Source: Macrostomum lignano (Eukaryota). From it: DNA of 64,000 nt. The notes beneath the pieces are model-generated. The model saw only the letters and a program-made list of their open reading frames with translations. It was not told the origin of the DNA and searched no databases. The translations under genes and the position numbers were made by a program. Position 1 is the stretch's first letter, and the number at the start of each line of letters is the position of its first letter. Below, piece by piece: positions 42,859 through 55,216 of this stretch. The stretch covers positions 124,001 through 188,000 of the forward strand of contig NIVC01001189.1 of the NCBI GenBank assembly GCA_002269645.1, read 5' to 3'.

Positions 42859-43279
42859 CTGGCAACAGAGAATTCGAGTGTTCGATTAAAAACCCTCAAC
42901 AAGATAGAAGAGATGCTGGCAAGTGAAGGCTTTAAGGAGACAAGGTCTAAGCAGGGAACACTGTAGATAAGAAAGTGACATCCACTCAAAAACGGGGCAG
43001 AAGTGGACGAAACTCAGGTAGTAGCCTGGAGTATAGGCGGAGAAGAGCTAGTAGTACCTTCTTGCTCAGGAAGTCAGCGTTGTTATATGATTCAAACCCG
43101 CAATAATATTGGTAATAGTAACTGCAGGAGGGCTGTGGGCAGGACATGATTGTAAAACTGTTGTGTTCCTGGGTTGCTCCTTTTGGGCAAAGCAAACATG
43201 AGATTCCCATTGGAATAGGATACCTAAGATTGCCCCTCTTCAGTGACACCTACGAGGGCATATACTGAATCAGTTCTAC

Positions 43280-43704
43280 CTAGCGAACCACCAGGGCTGT
43301 CGGGTGCCGCCACTAAGGATCTCCAGTTTGTCGCCGACGCAAAACGCCAGGTCGTCCTGATGTTGCGCCTTGTGGGCGAACAGGGCCCTCGCTACCAGCT
43401 GGCTCTGACGTCTGGCTGGAGGCGGCGGCGGCGGCAGCTGCTCCACCGAGTGCGGCTGCGGCAGGCGGCAACGGATTCTGGTCACCGGGGTGGCGGCACC
43501 CACCTGCCAGGCAGTTGCCTGATGATGTTGCTGCTGTTGATGCTGTTGGAACTGCTGGTATTTGTAGTGCTGCTGTTCATACTGCATCTGCTGCTGCTGC
43601 TGCTGCTGCTGGTGATATTGCAATAGTTGTTGCTGCTGCTGCTGGTAATAGTCAAGCAGTGGAGGCTTCTCGCCAGTGACAGGCCTAGACAGAAAGCAGC
43701 CCAT
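43280..43704 (-). CDS. Src-family kinase exon 1 (MGC acylation signal, poly-Q unique region, SH3 start); spliced protein 559 aa
   Basis: MGCFLSR..., ARALFAHKAQHQDDLAF..GDKLEIL..WWFAR; AG|gtagaa; phases of all four exons are consistent (total 1680 nt). Confidence 0.92.
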
Positions 43705-46509
43705 AGTTACAAGTTACTGGCGAGTCCTGCAACATGGATTTCGGATTGCTTTAGATTCTGCTATGCCCTATTAGGACATCTTTGTCAAGATATTATTTAA
43801 CATTGAAGAATATAGAATTTATATAAAATTTATAGCCTTAAAACCAATGGATTTTAAGCTTATAATAGATAAAAGTTCAAGAATATTCATGTACTAAGAA
43901 ACTAATAGCAACCAATTTAAGTACACTAGAAAAAGTTGATTTACAAAAATTCTATTAAAACACATTCCTAAAGCATGGCTCTAGGTTAAAGATATAAAAG
44001 TAAAATATAGATTAGCAATAAAAAATAATTTTTTTATAGTAAACAGTAAAAAAAGTTTTTAATTTACATATTATCACTCTTGATGTTGATGTTGATATTA
44101 GGCAAAGCCTAATAATGACAAATCGCTTAATGTCTCCAAAAAGGCTCTTTAAGACTTTAATTAATACATAAAAAATAATATCATAAAATATTAAAATATA
44201 CTAAAATGCGTATAGTATATTTTGATAAAAATCTAGTTAGGTCGGAGCGCAAGCATAGACCGAGATAAGATGCAGTACCCAACCTACCACACGTAAAATG
44301 CACAATTTCTGAATTGAAAATGGTGTAGAATAAAAATGGTACGTGCTAGGGACAAACAGTTTGTTAATAACTCATGATTTCTTCCTTCAAAATAGAAGAT
44401 CATTACTTAAAATGCTTCACTATCTGGTATCAAGTAGATTGGTTAATACATTATGCCTATCATATAATTAACATATTTGCTTGCTATAAGCAAGAATAAG
44501 AATATAAGATATAACTATTAGATTAAGAATGTCCTTTTAACAATATTTTAGTGAAATTGATTTGACTTTGATTCCATAAAAAAGGAAATTAACACTATAA
44601 TCTTTGATATGATATGATCAGTATTGTTTTAACTTTCTGAAGTTGTTTAATCTAATAATTTTCTGGCTATTAACTTAATGAAGTCAAACTTTTATATAGG
44701 CCTAGCAAAAGTTACTACAGTAAAAAGACAAAAACTATTAAATAAATTGATTAACTGTCAGATTTTTCATTAAAGATACTAACAAAATAAAACACTAAAA
44801 TATAATATTCAAGCCATCCTGTCTGTTGTACGAAAAACATCATAAATAGACACCGAATCATTAAAAAATTGCAATGCAGGTGTAAACTCACTACAGGCGG
44901 CTTAGACAAGTACGCGCCTAATTCTGCACTGCAGCACTGTTGCAGAGTTTACTGATAACTTTTCGAGATCTTACGAAATTCAATCCATCCTTAAATTGAA
45001 AGTTTCAAGGATTCACGAAAATAAAAAGAATTGGTTGAATCAAACGATTCAGCTTCGATTATTCGTGAATTAAAACAAAAGCACTCCCACAATATCAGAC
45101 CGTTGCAAATAATCATTTTACAGATGCTTTAAATTTCGTTTTTTAGCTGATTGATTCGTTTTTCTCACAGTAAGAAAAGAAAAAATTGTTGAATAATAGT
45201 GAGTCATTTGGAATAATGCTCAGAAAATCATCATTCGTTCTATTTCTGTCGACAGGGATAAGAATAGCAACTGGGAAATTAAGTGGGGAAACTCAGAGAT
45301 AGAAAGTCCATTTAAGGACAAGGGAGAACTGACAAATCGTTAGCTATAGAGAACTCCACACCTTCAGCCTCTTGCACATGGCGCGAGATGCGCGTCTAGT
45401 TGACCTAGTGCCTAAAAATGCACGCTGCTATATTGAATTTTTAGTCGACAAGCAAAATGTGCAGAAAAGTCGAATATGGCGTTATTCAATAACTAGAATT
45501 CTTGCTTGGCTTTCATGCTAACATAAATATATCAAAAGAGACCACTTTCACTGAGCAGTGGATATATATTATGTTCGTGTTACTTTTAGACATTTTTATT
45601 ATGAAATAATTAAATAGAGTTGTTATAGCTGTAAGTACTAGTTTGCGAGGCAGTGATCACAGCGTAGTAAAATGAGGGAGCGAGATGGAAACTAGTCAGA
45701 TTTACACTGGCCCACACACAAGTGTATATAGTCACACTCATGCGCCTGTAATAACCAATAAATTTGAATCCAAACCTATGGCTACATTGATTCATGGCTT
45801 AAACTACAGACGAGAAGTCTGGAGAAGCTATTAGTCATTTCATTTTTACAACAGATATACAACAGATCCTGACAACATATAGTGCCGTTTTTGCCTTCAA
45901 TTTTTTTAGGCTAATTTTATATTTATAATGGCTATATTGTCTTCTTGTGCTCACGCAGGAAAAGGTTCTGATTAATGATTGTATTAAACCTATTAAACTC
46001 TTAAAGGAAGGACAATAGCAAAAATCAAGGTAAAAAATCACATATGAGCTGTACTAATTCAAATTTGAGTCATTAGATCAGTAGATTTACTTCAGTAGAT
46101 TTTAGGCTAAATTTTAAGTCAGCGATTCTCAGCGAACTCAGTGAACTCAGAAAAAACACCCAGTTTTTTATCACATTTTTAAGTTTCCACCCCAAAAACT
46201 TTTCTTTGATCTCAGCCCTCGCGATTTTCGTCTCAACTGTGAGTGATGCGCTTTGCGCCACAAGCTAGGCCCCAGCTTAGGCTGGTGAGGAGAGAGTCGA
46301 GAGTAATGGCTAGAATTGTATTAAGGCTGTCACTTGTTAACCACTGGTTTCGGGGCGATAACTTTAACATGATGCTCAGTGTACATGTACGAGCATATAC
46401 TTTTACAGCTACCGGTATTATTCAATAATGTTTGATTCAGATGGTCGTATAGATGCAAATATTTTTAGATTTTAGTGGCTTTCACAGCAGAAGTTATAAA
46501 ACATTGTGG

Positions 46510-47976
46510 TTATTCAGCCGACGAGTCTTGCGAAGTCGAACACTCGTCCGCGTCGGACTTGGTCTTGATCCTTTCGGCCACAGCTGCCGTAAATGCAGCG
46601 CCCTTTCCACTACCGTCCTCGGCAAGAATCAAGTGGGTATAAACATTCTCACAATGAATGTCTAGAAGTTCTTGAATGAGAAACTGCAATTTCGGGTGCT
46701 TTTTGTACAGAGAGCCATCAACCGCGATTGCGACCTCAGCGCGCTGAATGCGCTCGACGAACACGGACAGTCCGGCAGCGACAATCTGAGCTGCGCGCAC
46801 CGACAAAGCGTTCGCCAGGTACCGAACAACGTGGTAGTCCTCATCAGAGATGCTGCTCAGTTTCAGCTCCTTCAGACAGCGGTATGTTTGGCTCAGGTCT
46901 CGGTGATTGTCCTGCTCTACTCGAGAGATGAAGGATGAAGGGAAGCTGCCTGGTGTAAGCAGCGCCGGAGACGGCTGGCCTCCGAAGACGAGACCCTCGT
47001 CGCAGAGCTTCACGAGAGTGACGCGAGCCAGCTCTCCGAGGTACATTCCGCTGAAAAGCTTCTCGAACGTGTACGTTCCGGCATAGAGCGACTCGTTATC
47101 TAGCTGGAAGTCGAACTCAGTCTTGAGAAACTTGATCACTCCATTGTCTCCGAACGCACCCCACTCAGTGTTCACAATGACGTATTCGTACTCTTGAAAC
47201 TCGGACGGCGAATGTCCAGTCAGAGACTGCCACTTTGGAATGTTGCAGATTCTCTCCATGTAGCAGACGTTGCTGCCGGTTCCCATGATGAGCCCGATGC
47301 CGCACGATGCGTCCATGAATGCACCACTCATGAGTGTTCCAGTGGTGTCGTTCAGAACTGCGAGTACGTCGATTTTGAGCGAGTGTTTGTTGATTGCGTC
47401 TTGCAGAAGCTTCACCGGATCTTTTCCGATTCCGTCTTTGATTGATAGGGACTTGTTCAAACGCTCGATCACACCGGAAGTGAGAGAGGTGAGTCCCAGA
47501 GGGTATGAGTACGTGAATCCGAGCGGAATTCGCTTTTCGGAGCTGTCCAGCTTCTCCTTGTGGACGAACTCGGCCAGCTTATCAGCGATAAAGTCAAACA
47601 ACTCGGCTGCCGTTCCCTTGAGTCTCTCAGTCGGGATGGCAAAGTTCTCGCAGCTGCTGAAACACCTGCTGCCACTGCGCAACGAAACATCGAGAATTCG
47701 AAAGTTTGTTCCGCCGAGATCCAGCGCCAAGAAGTTTCCTCTCTCGGAACCGTTAAGCAATCCGCGAACAAACGTGACAGCCATTTGAAGCGAGCTCGCT
47801 TTCCTTTGTTCTGGGTCATCGCTGAGTCCTTTCTCAATCTCCTCCCTGAGTCTATCTTTGAGCTCGCAGATCTGTTGATGGCTTATTATGAACTTGCTTA
47901 TCATGGACTTTATTCGCCAATCTTTTTCCGAGGTGACTTCCATATCCAATCGACTTGATCGTCTGATACGACTCAT
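46510..47976 (-). CDS. HK: Hexokinase (single ~50 kDa unit), intronless, copy 1, 488 aa
   Basis: LALDLGGTNFR, LGFTYSYP, LNDTTGT, GTGSN, NTEWGAFG, FEK..SGMYLGE, AVDGSLY, EDGSGKGAA. Confidence 0.97.
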   Translation of the reverse strand: MSRIRRSSRLDMEVTSEKDWRIKSMISKFIISHQQICELKDRLREEIEKGLSDDPEQRKASSLQMAVTFVRGLLNGSERGNFLALDLGGTNFRILDVSLRSGSRCFSSCENFAIPTERLKGTAAELFDFIADKLAEFVHKEKLDSSEKRIPLGFTYSYPLGLTSLTSGVIERLNKSLSIKDGIGKDPVKLLQDAINKHSLKIDVLAVLNDTTGTLMSGAFMDASCGIGLIMGTGSNVCYMERICNIPKWQSLTGHSPSEFQEYEYVIVNTEWGAFGDNGVIKFLKTEFDFQLDNESLYAGTYTFEKLFSGMYLGELARVTLVKLCDEGLVFGGQPSPALLTPGSFPSSFISRVEQDNHRDLSQTYRCLKELKLSSISDEDYHVVRYLANALSVRAAQIVAAGLSVFVERIQRAEVAIAVDGSLYKKHPKLQFLIQELLDIHCENVYTHLILAEDGSGKGAAFTAAVAERIKTKSDADECSTSQDSSAE

Positions 47977-48749
47977 CCTGACCTTTGTAAGCTAGTACAG
48001 AGCAAAGTATGTGTACTCGTGATAGTGCGACTGGGCACAGTGTTGCTTCGAACTGAGATCTTATAGCTTTGTCGGTGCCTAGGAGTAGAGGTGTGGCTAG
48101 AACTGCATATTTTAGCTAAATTGATTCATGTTTATGTTAAAGTACAGTGACTAGGTGAGAATTGCTTCGCTTGAATTCGCTATCTCTGTCAGATCAGACA
48201 GAAGCAGCTTGTGAGCCTCCTTCCTTAATGGACCGCGGCTGCGCTTGATTTGCATCTCATTCTAGTCGCACATCTGCGGCATGCCGAATCACCCGTGTGA
48301 GAAAAAAGATTCAGTGAGAATTAATGAAATCGCAGAGGTTTTTCTCATATCTTGCAGTTTCTTTTGCTTACACAAAACTACACCACATGACACCAGAATG
48401 TCACTTGTGGGCTTGCAGTTAACGGTGCAAAGCGGTTTGTCTTTTTTATTTATCGAGGTACGCAACTAGGCATTATGGAATTCTATTTGTGCGGCTTGCA
48501 AAAGATCGAATCTATTTTATGACCTCGAACCCTTAAAAATCCACAAGGCTTGCACAGCAAATTGAAAAAGCAAATGCATAGTCAAACAATGTTTCATGCT
48601 GATCTGTAGCTCGTTAAACCTAATTGAATACGTTACAGATCAACTTCGCAAAAAACACTTTGCATTAAAAACACGGCTCAAAATATTCAAGGATCGAGTC
48701 ACTGATGCAAGAACTTGGCTGTGAATTTCACATTCAGCCATCAATTGCT

Positions 48750-49900
48750 TGTCGAACAAGGCAGCGCAGTACATATGTGAATATGTGATTTATACTACTC
48801 TCAGTACAATTTTTGGCTGTAATGCAGCCTGAAGTTTGGTTGACTGTAGTGACAAGTGTGTCCCGTCGATGCGCAGCCAGTGTCTAACCTTCGAGTTATT
48901 CGGCAGTCAGAGCGATGAATAAAGACTGCTATTGAGCCAATTCACTCTTCAGCTCAGCCTCCCAGCGCGAAATAGCTTCTTAAACAGGCGTGAGGAAAGG
49001 ACTGCATTGATAGCAGCCTCTTGACATCGACATTGCCGGGGACCCCGTAGTCTTTGGCATTAATATGAGAACTTACGCTATCGATGGTGATGTGGCAGTT
49101 GGCTTCAAGAAAAGCTGCAATAAAGTTTTTTATGGTGATGTGCAGGAATTTTCCTTTGTCACACCCTTTGTTATGCGTGTAGAATTGACGTAGAAAAATA
49201 TCTAGCTAAGAAAATGGTGATGCGCAGTCCCTTTCGCAAGCCGCCCTGCCAGTACAGTGCTCTCCGCTCCGTGAGCGACCTTGCAACCGGTGGAACGATC
49301 GGGGCATCAAATCCAAACTCATCGATGAATATATTTTATGGATTGTGAGAACTTCCGCTAAACAAACCCACTCGCAAAACTCCAAGCGCGTCAATCACCG
49401 GGGGTGTTTTTCCGGCTGGTAGATCCATTGCCAGCTGCCTGTTGTATAGGGCACCATTTTCACTGATACAATTGTCCGTGAATTGAAACTTATTTGGAAA
49501 ATTTTGCCGCAGATTAGCATTCAATTTCCTTAACGTAATGAGCAGGTTAGATTCAACGAATGCCTGCATCTCCATATTCCACTCGACTCGCTTCGACCCA
49601 CATTTTAGGAGCGTTTCGATTTTTCCAGAACAAACAGTCGTATACTCGTACGTTGTTGTTCTTTTGACATTGAGATGTCCTGCAAAAGCGGTGAAATCCT
49701 CCCCTTGTTCAAAGGCTCCGATGATCCTACCTCTGTCAGCATTATATCAGATACTAATCCTGTTGTTGGTTCGGCGAATTTTTTGACCGTTAGCCACGCC
49801 AAGATCTTGTGCTCCGAAGCTGTTGTGTTGTCCTCATTCTCACCGCCTTCCTCAAACAGTTCTTGGTCTTGCTTTTCCATCTTGTCTTTTTCGCAAGGGT
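48750..49900 (-). pseudogene. Possible highly degenerate Mutator-like transposase remnant
   Basis: Broken frames containing WLRIDGTH (48858-48881) and WRC/C..H-like segments; many stops. Confidence 0.3.
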
Positions 49901-50069
49901 ACTCGTTCTAATAGATATTTTTGTTGCCCTATCCAAGGACAACTTTATCACGTGATCCTATCATAATATCATTATGATCCTAAAATCCTTGGTCCTATCA
50001 TTATGCAGTTTAACGGGAGTTTTAGCCATAGACGGTTAGTCCAGTTTTACGAGCGTATTAAAGTTAATG

Positions 50070-50830
50070 CTTCTCTTTTACAAACTCTAAAACTTCCACA
50101 GCAGGACTAAGCCAGGGAAGCCTCTATGGTCGCTGCGCTCCCCAGGAAGGGACACTCACCCGCCCCACCCCACTCCGCTATACAAGTTGAGGGGAATGGC
50201 ATAGAATATGAAATGATGCTGCTGCTTATCGATTTCTCGCTAGAGCAGTTTGTACGCGAACTTTTGTAACACCTCTCGTATTTCATAGCTTGCTAACTGG
50301 AAAAATAATATATACACAGCCGGAGCTTCTGGAAAATGGATCTCTGCAATTCCCCGAAAGTGGACAGCAGCAGAGTTGGAGAAGTTGCGCTGAGATCCTG
50401 CGATGTTTTGCGTTGAATAGTGCAAACCGCATCTTTCTATGACTTTTAGTTAAAAAGTTATCAATCATAGAAATGAATAAACGTTGCATTTTCCTATCAC
50501 TGCTTTCCAATTGGGTTTTTACCCCTAAACTTGTATGCTGCCTAAACTAGTGTCCCTTCCTTGGGGAGCGCAGCGACCATAGAGGCTTCCCTGACTAAGC
50601 ATAAAGGGGAATCCATCGGTGAATTCCTTGCAAGTCTACGGAAGCTGGCTATCACGAGTGGCTTTGAAAGATTTTTAGATGATGCACTGAGAAACTGATT
50701 TTTCGTTAGCCTCAGGAATCATCTGATCCAGCAACGACTGCTGCAAGAATAAAACTTGACCCTGTCGGACGCGCTCACCCTAGCAACTGCAATCGAAGCA
50801 GCGGAGAAGGGTGTGTTGAGCTTATCGGAG
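50070..50830 (+). mobile_element. Degenerate Ty3/Gypsy gag fragment, split by a MITE
   Basis: Removing 50113-50593 and one TSD restores FHSRTKHKGESIGEFLASLRKLA...IQQRLLQE*NLTLSDALTLATAIEAAE. Confidence 0.75.
50113..50593. mobile_element. P-superfamily-like MITE, ~45-bp TIRs starting CAGGG, 7-bp TSD
   Basis: TIR cagggaagcctctatggtcgctgcgctcccc..gaagggacact; TSD actaagc at 50106-50112 and 50594-50600. Confidence 0.85.
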
Positions 50831-51511
50831 AAATTTGAGAAACTGAAACAAGCTGAAGAAAGCGGACAGGTTGCAATATCAATGACAGGGGCGAATGTTA
50901 TACATTGATAAAGAACTCCAGATTTAGATCTGCGAGCTTCCGATTGGCCGAGCAAAAACTGCTTGTATTCAAGCGCTTGTTTTTAAGACTACTTTTTTAG
51001 GCTCATGTAGCTGTGCAACGCTTACAAGTATCTTCGCATGAACAAAGCAATAACATGCATGTGATTGAGGGGTAAAAGTAGCAGGTACGAGTACATTAAA
51101 TTTATTTAATTTAGTGGGCTACTTAAAAAGACAGCGACAATCGAATAGATTAGAATTTAGTGTTTTCTGTCGGAGTTCAAAATAGAAAAAAGGTCTTTAA
51201 GCGTCAAAAAGCTAACGGGTCTTTTACTCCAATATCGTGTAGATTAATGGTACCTCGTAACTTCGTGTTACTTGGCCGTTTCGGACTAAATTTATAGAGA
51301 ATGAAACAAATCGAAAAAGATAGGATCGATATTCGACTCAAAATGGAATGACAAAATATTTAAGCATCAACTTGGGCAATAAAAGCAAAGCAGCAAAGCG
51401 GATGTCCTGCAGATCTTGATCCGATCAGATTCGGATCTTTCACAGTCGGGAGTCAAAGCAAACAAAAAGCGCACTATTGCCACAACCTGCTCTCAGAAAG
51501 ATAATTCACTT

Positions 51512-52951
51512 TTACTCGCCATTTGAGGTCTCGTCCCTTCGAAATCTGTCAACAACAGCAGCGGTGAAGGCCGCGCCCTTGCCGCTGCCGTCCTCAGCGT
51601 GTATTAGCCTTGTATGCGTTCTTGGGCAGTACTTGTCCAGGAACTCCTGAATCAGACCTGGTAGCACAGGATGTTTGGTGAATAGGGACCCGTCGACCGC
51701 GATTGCGACCTCAGTGCGCTGAACGCGCTCGACGAACACGGACAGTCCGGCAGCGACAATCTGAGCTGCGCGCACCGACAAAGCGTTCGCCAGGTACCGA
51801 ACAACGTGGTAGTCCTCATCAGAGATGCTGCTCAGTTTCAGCTCCTTCAGACAGCGGTATGTTTGGCTCAGGTCTCGGTGATTGTCCTGCTCTACTCGAG
51901 AGATGAAGGATGAAGGGAAGCTGCCTGGTGTAAGCAGCGCCGGAGACGGCTGGCCTCCGAAGACGAGACCCTCGTCGCAGAGCTTCACGAGAGTGACGCG
52001 AGCTAGCTCTCCGAGGTACATTCCGCTGAAAAGCTTCTCGAACGTGTACGTTCCGGCATAGAGCGACTCGTTATCCAGCTGGAAGTCGAACTCAGTCTTG
52101 AGAAACTTGATCACTCCATTGTCTCCGAACGCACCCCACTCAGTGTTCACAATGACGTATTCGTACTCTTGAAACTCGGACGGCGAATGTCCAGTCAGAG
52201 ACTGCCACTTTGGAATGTTGCAGATTCTCTCCATGTAGCAGACGTTGCTGCCGGTTCCCATGATGAGCCCGATGCCGCACGATGCGTCCATGAATGCACC
52301 ACTCATGAGTGTTCCAGTGGTGTCGTTCAGAACTGCGAGTACGTCGATTTTGAGCGAGTGTTTGTTGATTGCGTCTTGCAGAAGCTTCACCGGATCTTTT
52401 CCGATTCCGTCTTTGATTGATAGGGACTTGTTCAAACGCTCGATCACACCGGAAGTAAGAGAGGTGAGTCCCAGAGGGTATGAGTACGTGAATCCGAGCG
52501 GAATTCGCTTTTCGGAGCTGTCCAGCTTCTCCTTGTGGACGAACTCGGCCAGCTTATCAGCGATAAAGTCAAACAACTCGGCTGCCGTTCCCTTGAGTCT
52601 CTCAGTCGGGATGGCAAAGTTCTCGCAGCTGCTGAAACACCTGCTGCCACTGCGCAACGAAACATCGAGAATTCGAAAGTTTGTTCCGCCGAGATCCAGC
52701 GCCAAGAAGTTTCCTCTCTCGGAACCGTTAAGCAATCCGCGAACAAACGTGACAGCCATTTGAAGCGAGCTCGCTTTCCTTTGTTCTGGGTCATCGCTGA
52801 GTCCTTTCTCAATCTCCTCCCTGAGTCTATCTTTGAGCTCGCAGATCTGTTTATGCGTCGGGAAGAATTTAGTGATGATAGACTTGATGCGCCAATCCTC
52901 CTCGCTGGTCACTTCCAAATCCAGCCGACTAGACCGTTTAACTCGGGGCAT
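51512..52951 (-). CDS. HK: Hexokinase, intronless, copy 2, 479 aa
   Basis: Same motifs as copy 1; central region near-identical at DNA level. Confidence 0.97.
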   Translation of the reverse strand: MPRVKRSSRLDLEVTSEEDWRIKSIITKFFPTHKQICELKDRLREEIEKGLSDDPEQRKASSLQMAVTFVRGLLNGSERGNFLALDLGGTNFRILDVSLRSGSRCFSSCENFAIPTERLKGTAAELFDFIADKLAEFVHKEKLDSSEKRIPLGFTYSYPLGLTSLTSGVIERLNKSLSIKDGIGKDPVKLLQDAINKHSLKIDVLAVLNDTTGTLMSGAFMDASCGIGLIMGTGSNVCYMERICNIPKWQSLTGHSPSEFQEYEYVIVNTEWGAFGDNGVIKFLKTEFDFQLDNESLYAGTYTFEKLFSGMYLGELARVTLVKLCDEGLVFGGQPSPALLTPGSFPSSFISRVEQDNHRDLSQTYRCLKELKLSSISDEDYHVVRYLANALSVRAAQIVAAGLSVFVERVQRTEVAIAVDGSLFTKHPVLPGLIQEFLDKYCPRTHTRLIHAEDGSGKGAAFTAAVVDRFRRDETSNGE

Positions 52952-55216
52952 TGTTTTAGACTAGAATACTTGAACTTCGTTGGAAAACAGCTCGCGACTG
53001 CTATACTTCTGACCTCCAATTTTCTCAGTGCTTAGCGAAAGATTTTCAAGACTGCCGGACAGAAATTGATTGGCGTATTATATCTGCTTTTGAAGAAGAC
53101 TCCCCTGCTTTTGTGTTTAAGACTAGCAGCAACGCTAAGGACAGCTTATCTAAGAACGCCTTCTATGTGGTCTTATCAGCGGGCAGTCCCAGCCGAGCTG
53201 TGAAACTCCTGTTTTATTTGCTTGTTGCTATCTGGCTTAGTGTACATTGTCGCTGTTTAACCGTAACATGCTTCCTGTACAAGTTGCTGGGCTCTATGCA
53301 GTTATTTGTGTCTTTGCAAGCTCTTTTCAAAAGCTTTTTTATTCTTAAGATAACAATGACCCTGCGGTAGGCAAGGATTGTTGGCCTTTGAATTTTAATG
53401 CATACAGCAGATATCGCGGTAAAAATTAGAGCCAATTGCTCAGAGTAGTATAGATATATAACTAAACGCATTTTTTGATGTTAGTCTGCAGTTTTTTTTG
53501 CTTGTGTTCACTTAGTACGGTTATGAGACCACCTTTCTCTTATCTGTTGCTTTTGACCACACGCGACACAACTTTCTAACCCTCTTTGTGGTGGCGTCGG
53601 TCAATTTGACATGACAAATGTACTATCAGTTTAAATGGTGGCTTTTGATTTTTTGACTCTGTAGCTACACATTTTATAGCATTTAATGTCAACAATGTCA
53701 GCGGTTTCTGGGAAAGAATTAAATAGTGCTTCATGATGTGGTTTGGACACTTAGTGGCTAACTATGCTAAATATAGTCGAAGTACAATATCATTGGATTT
53801 TGGCTGACGGGAGGGGGTTTCATACGACCGAAATTTCTCAACGCTGAAAATTTTGCGTGGTCCTCGTTATATTAAGTTTTCTAAGTTGTGAAATTTTAGT
53901 CTTGTGAAAGCGACCCGGACTGGCATCTTCAGGTCTGTTTTCTGACAACAAAAAAGTTCTGAGAGATCTTTGCAATTCTGTCCAATCGTGCAATCCTGTG
54001 AAATATTTTTGTTCCAATCTAATATTTTAAGTTGACATAAAATTTCCATTTTGATCCGAGAGAGACTTGGACTTTGGTTGCACCTTGTTTTGATGCCACG
54101 GGACCTCGTCTGCAGTTTTTGATTATAAAAAATGAGGCAGTTAGTGACACTGACAGTTTTTATGACAAGTGACACGGCAGTGCTATGTCTGTGTTCATGC
54201 TTATACTATGCAATATACTCTTGGTAGATAATCAGCAATGATACGACTGGCCCATACTTTGTAGGTAAAACACAACAATCATATGTATAAAATGGGATAG
54301 TTTTTTAAATGCCCCCTTGGTGTCACATAGCCTATACATCGTCCCCCAATTAGCTGACCAATGGGGAAACCTGATCGCTCAAATACAGTGGCATTTCGGT
54401 AAAGCCATGCAGGAAATTGCTGGAGTTACATTTCTCTTTGGATACTTACATCGACCTTGATTGGAATTTCCAATCCAATGTGCATCAATGAGAGACTTAG
54501 GCGAATCAAAACAGTCCCAATTCAGCTCAGCGGAGTGAAATATCGATGGCTGTGGATTAAATGAACCACGTCACAAATGGAATCAATCTTACATGTCGAT
54601 CAAATTTCTATTCAAAAGAGTTTTGGCCATTCGTTTTCAAAGTTTCCGGATTCTGAGTCTTCAATTTACCATGCAGTCGTGAAAATTAAGAAACAGTCTC
54701 TGCGCAACCACTCACAAAAGCTAGTTTTAAAGTACAAATACTCTTCTCTTCATTCAACTGAGTGGCTTATGGACTTTCTTTCTTTAGTCAAGCAACCCGC
54801 GTAGTGTCAAAGAGAAAGTATTCTGTACGAGCTAAATGTAGCTGTGTGTTGAATAGACAATACTTTTGGACCATTCTAGCCATCGTACATTAAACATAAA
54901 CTTGTTGCCATAAATTTACTTTTTGATCAAAGCAACCGAATGAGACAATGACTGCTGTACTTTTGCATTTATTCTATCGCATTGTATTTTTCTTTGCATC
55001 CTTCTTGAGTGTTAGTATTAGTACAGAAAGCTTTGCTACTTTGAGTAGCATTCAATTAATTGCAGCCTTGATTCGTGCAAACAACGAATAGGCGTCCACT
55101 GAAGTAGAAAAAAATCTGATTGGTCCACAAAAAGCTATACATTACAGTGGCATTTAATGCTATCTATCTAGAAGCTTATGGACGCGAATCGCTAATCTGC
55201 TTAGGTTTCCATCTTT

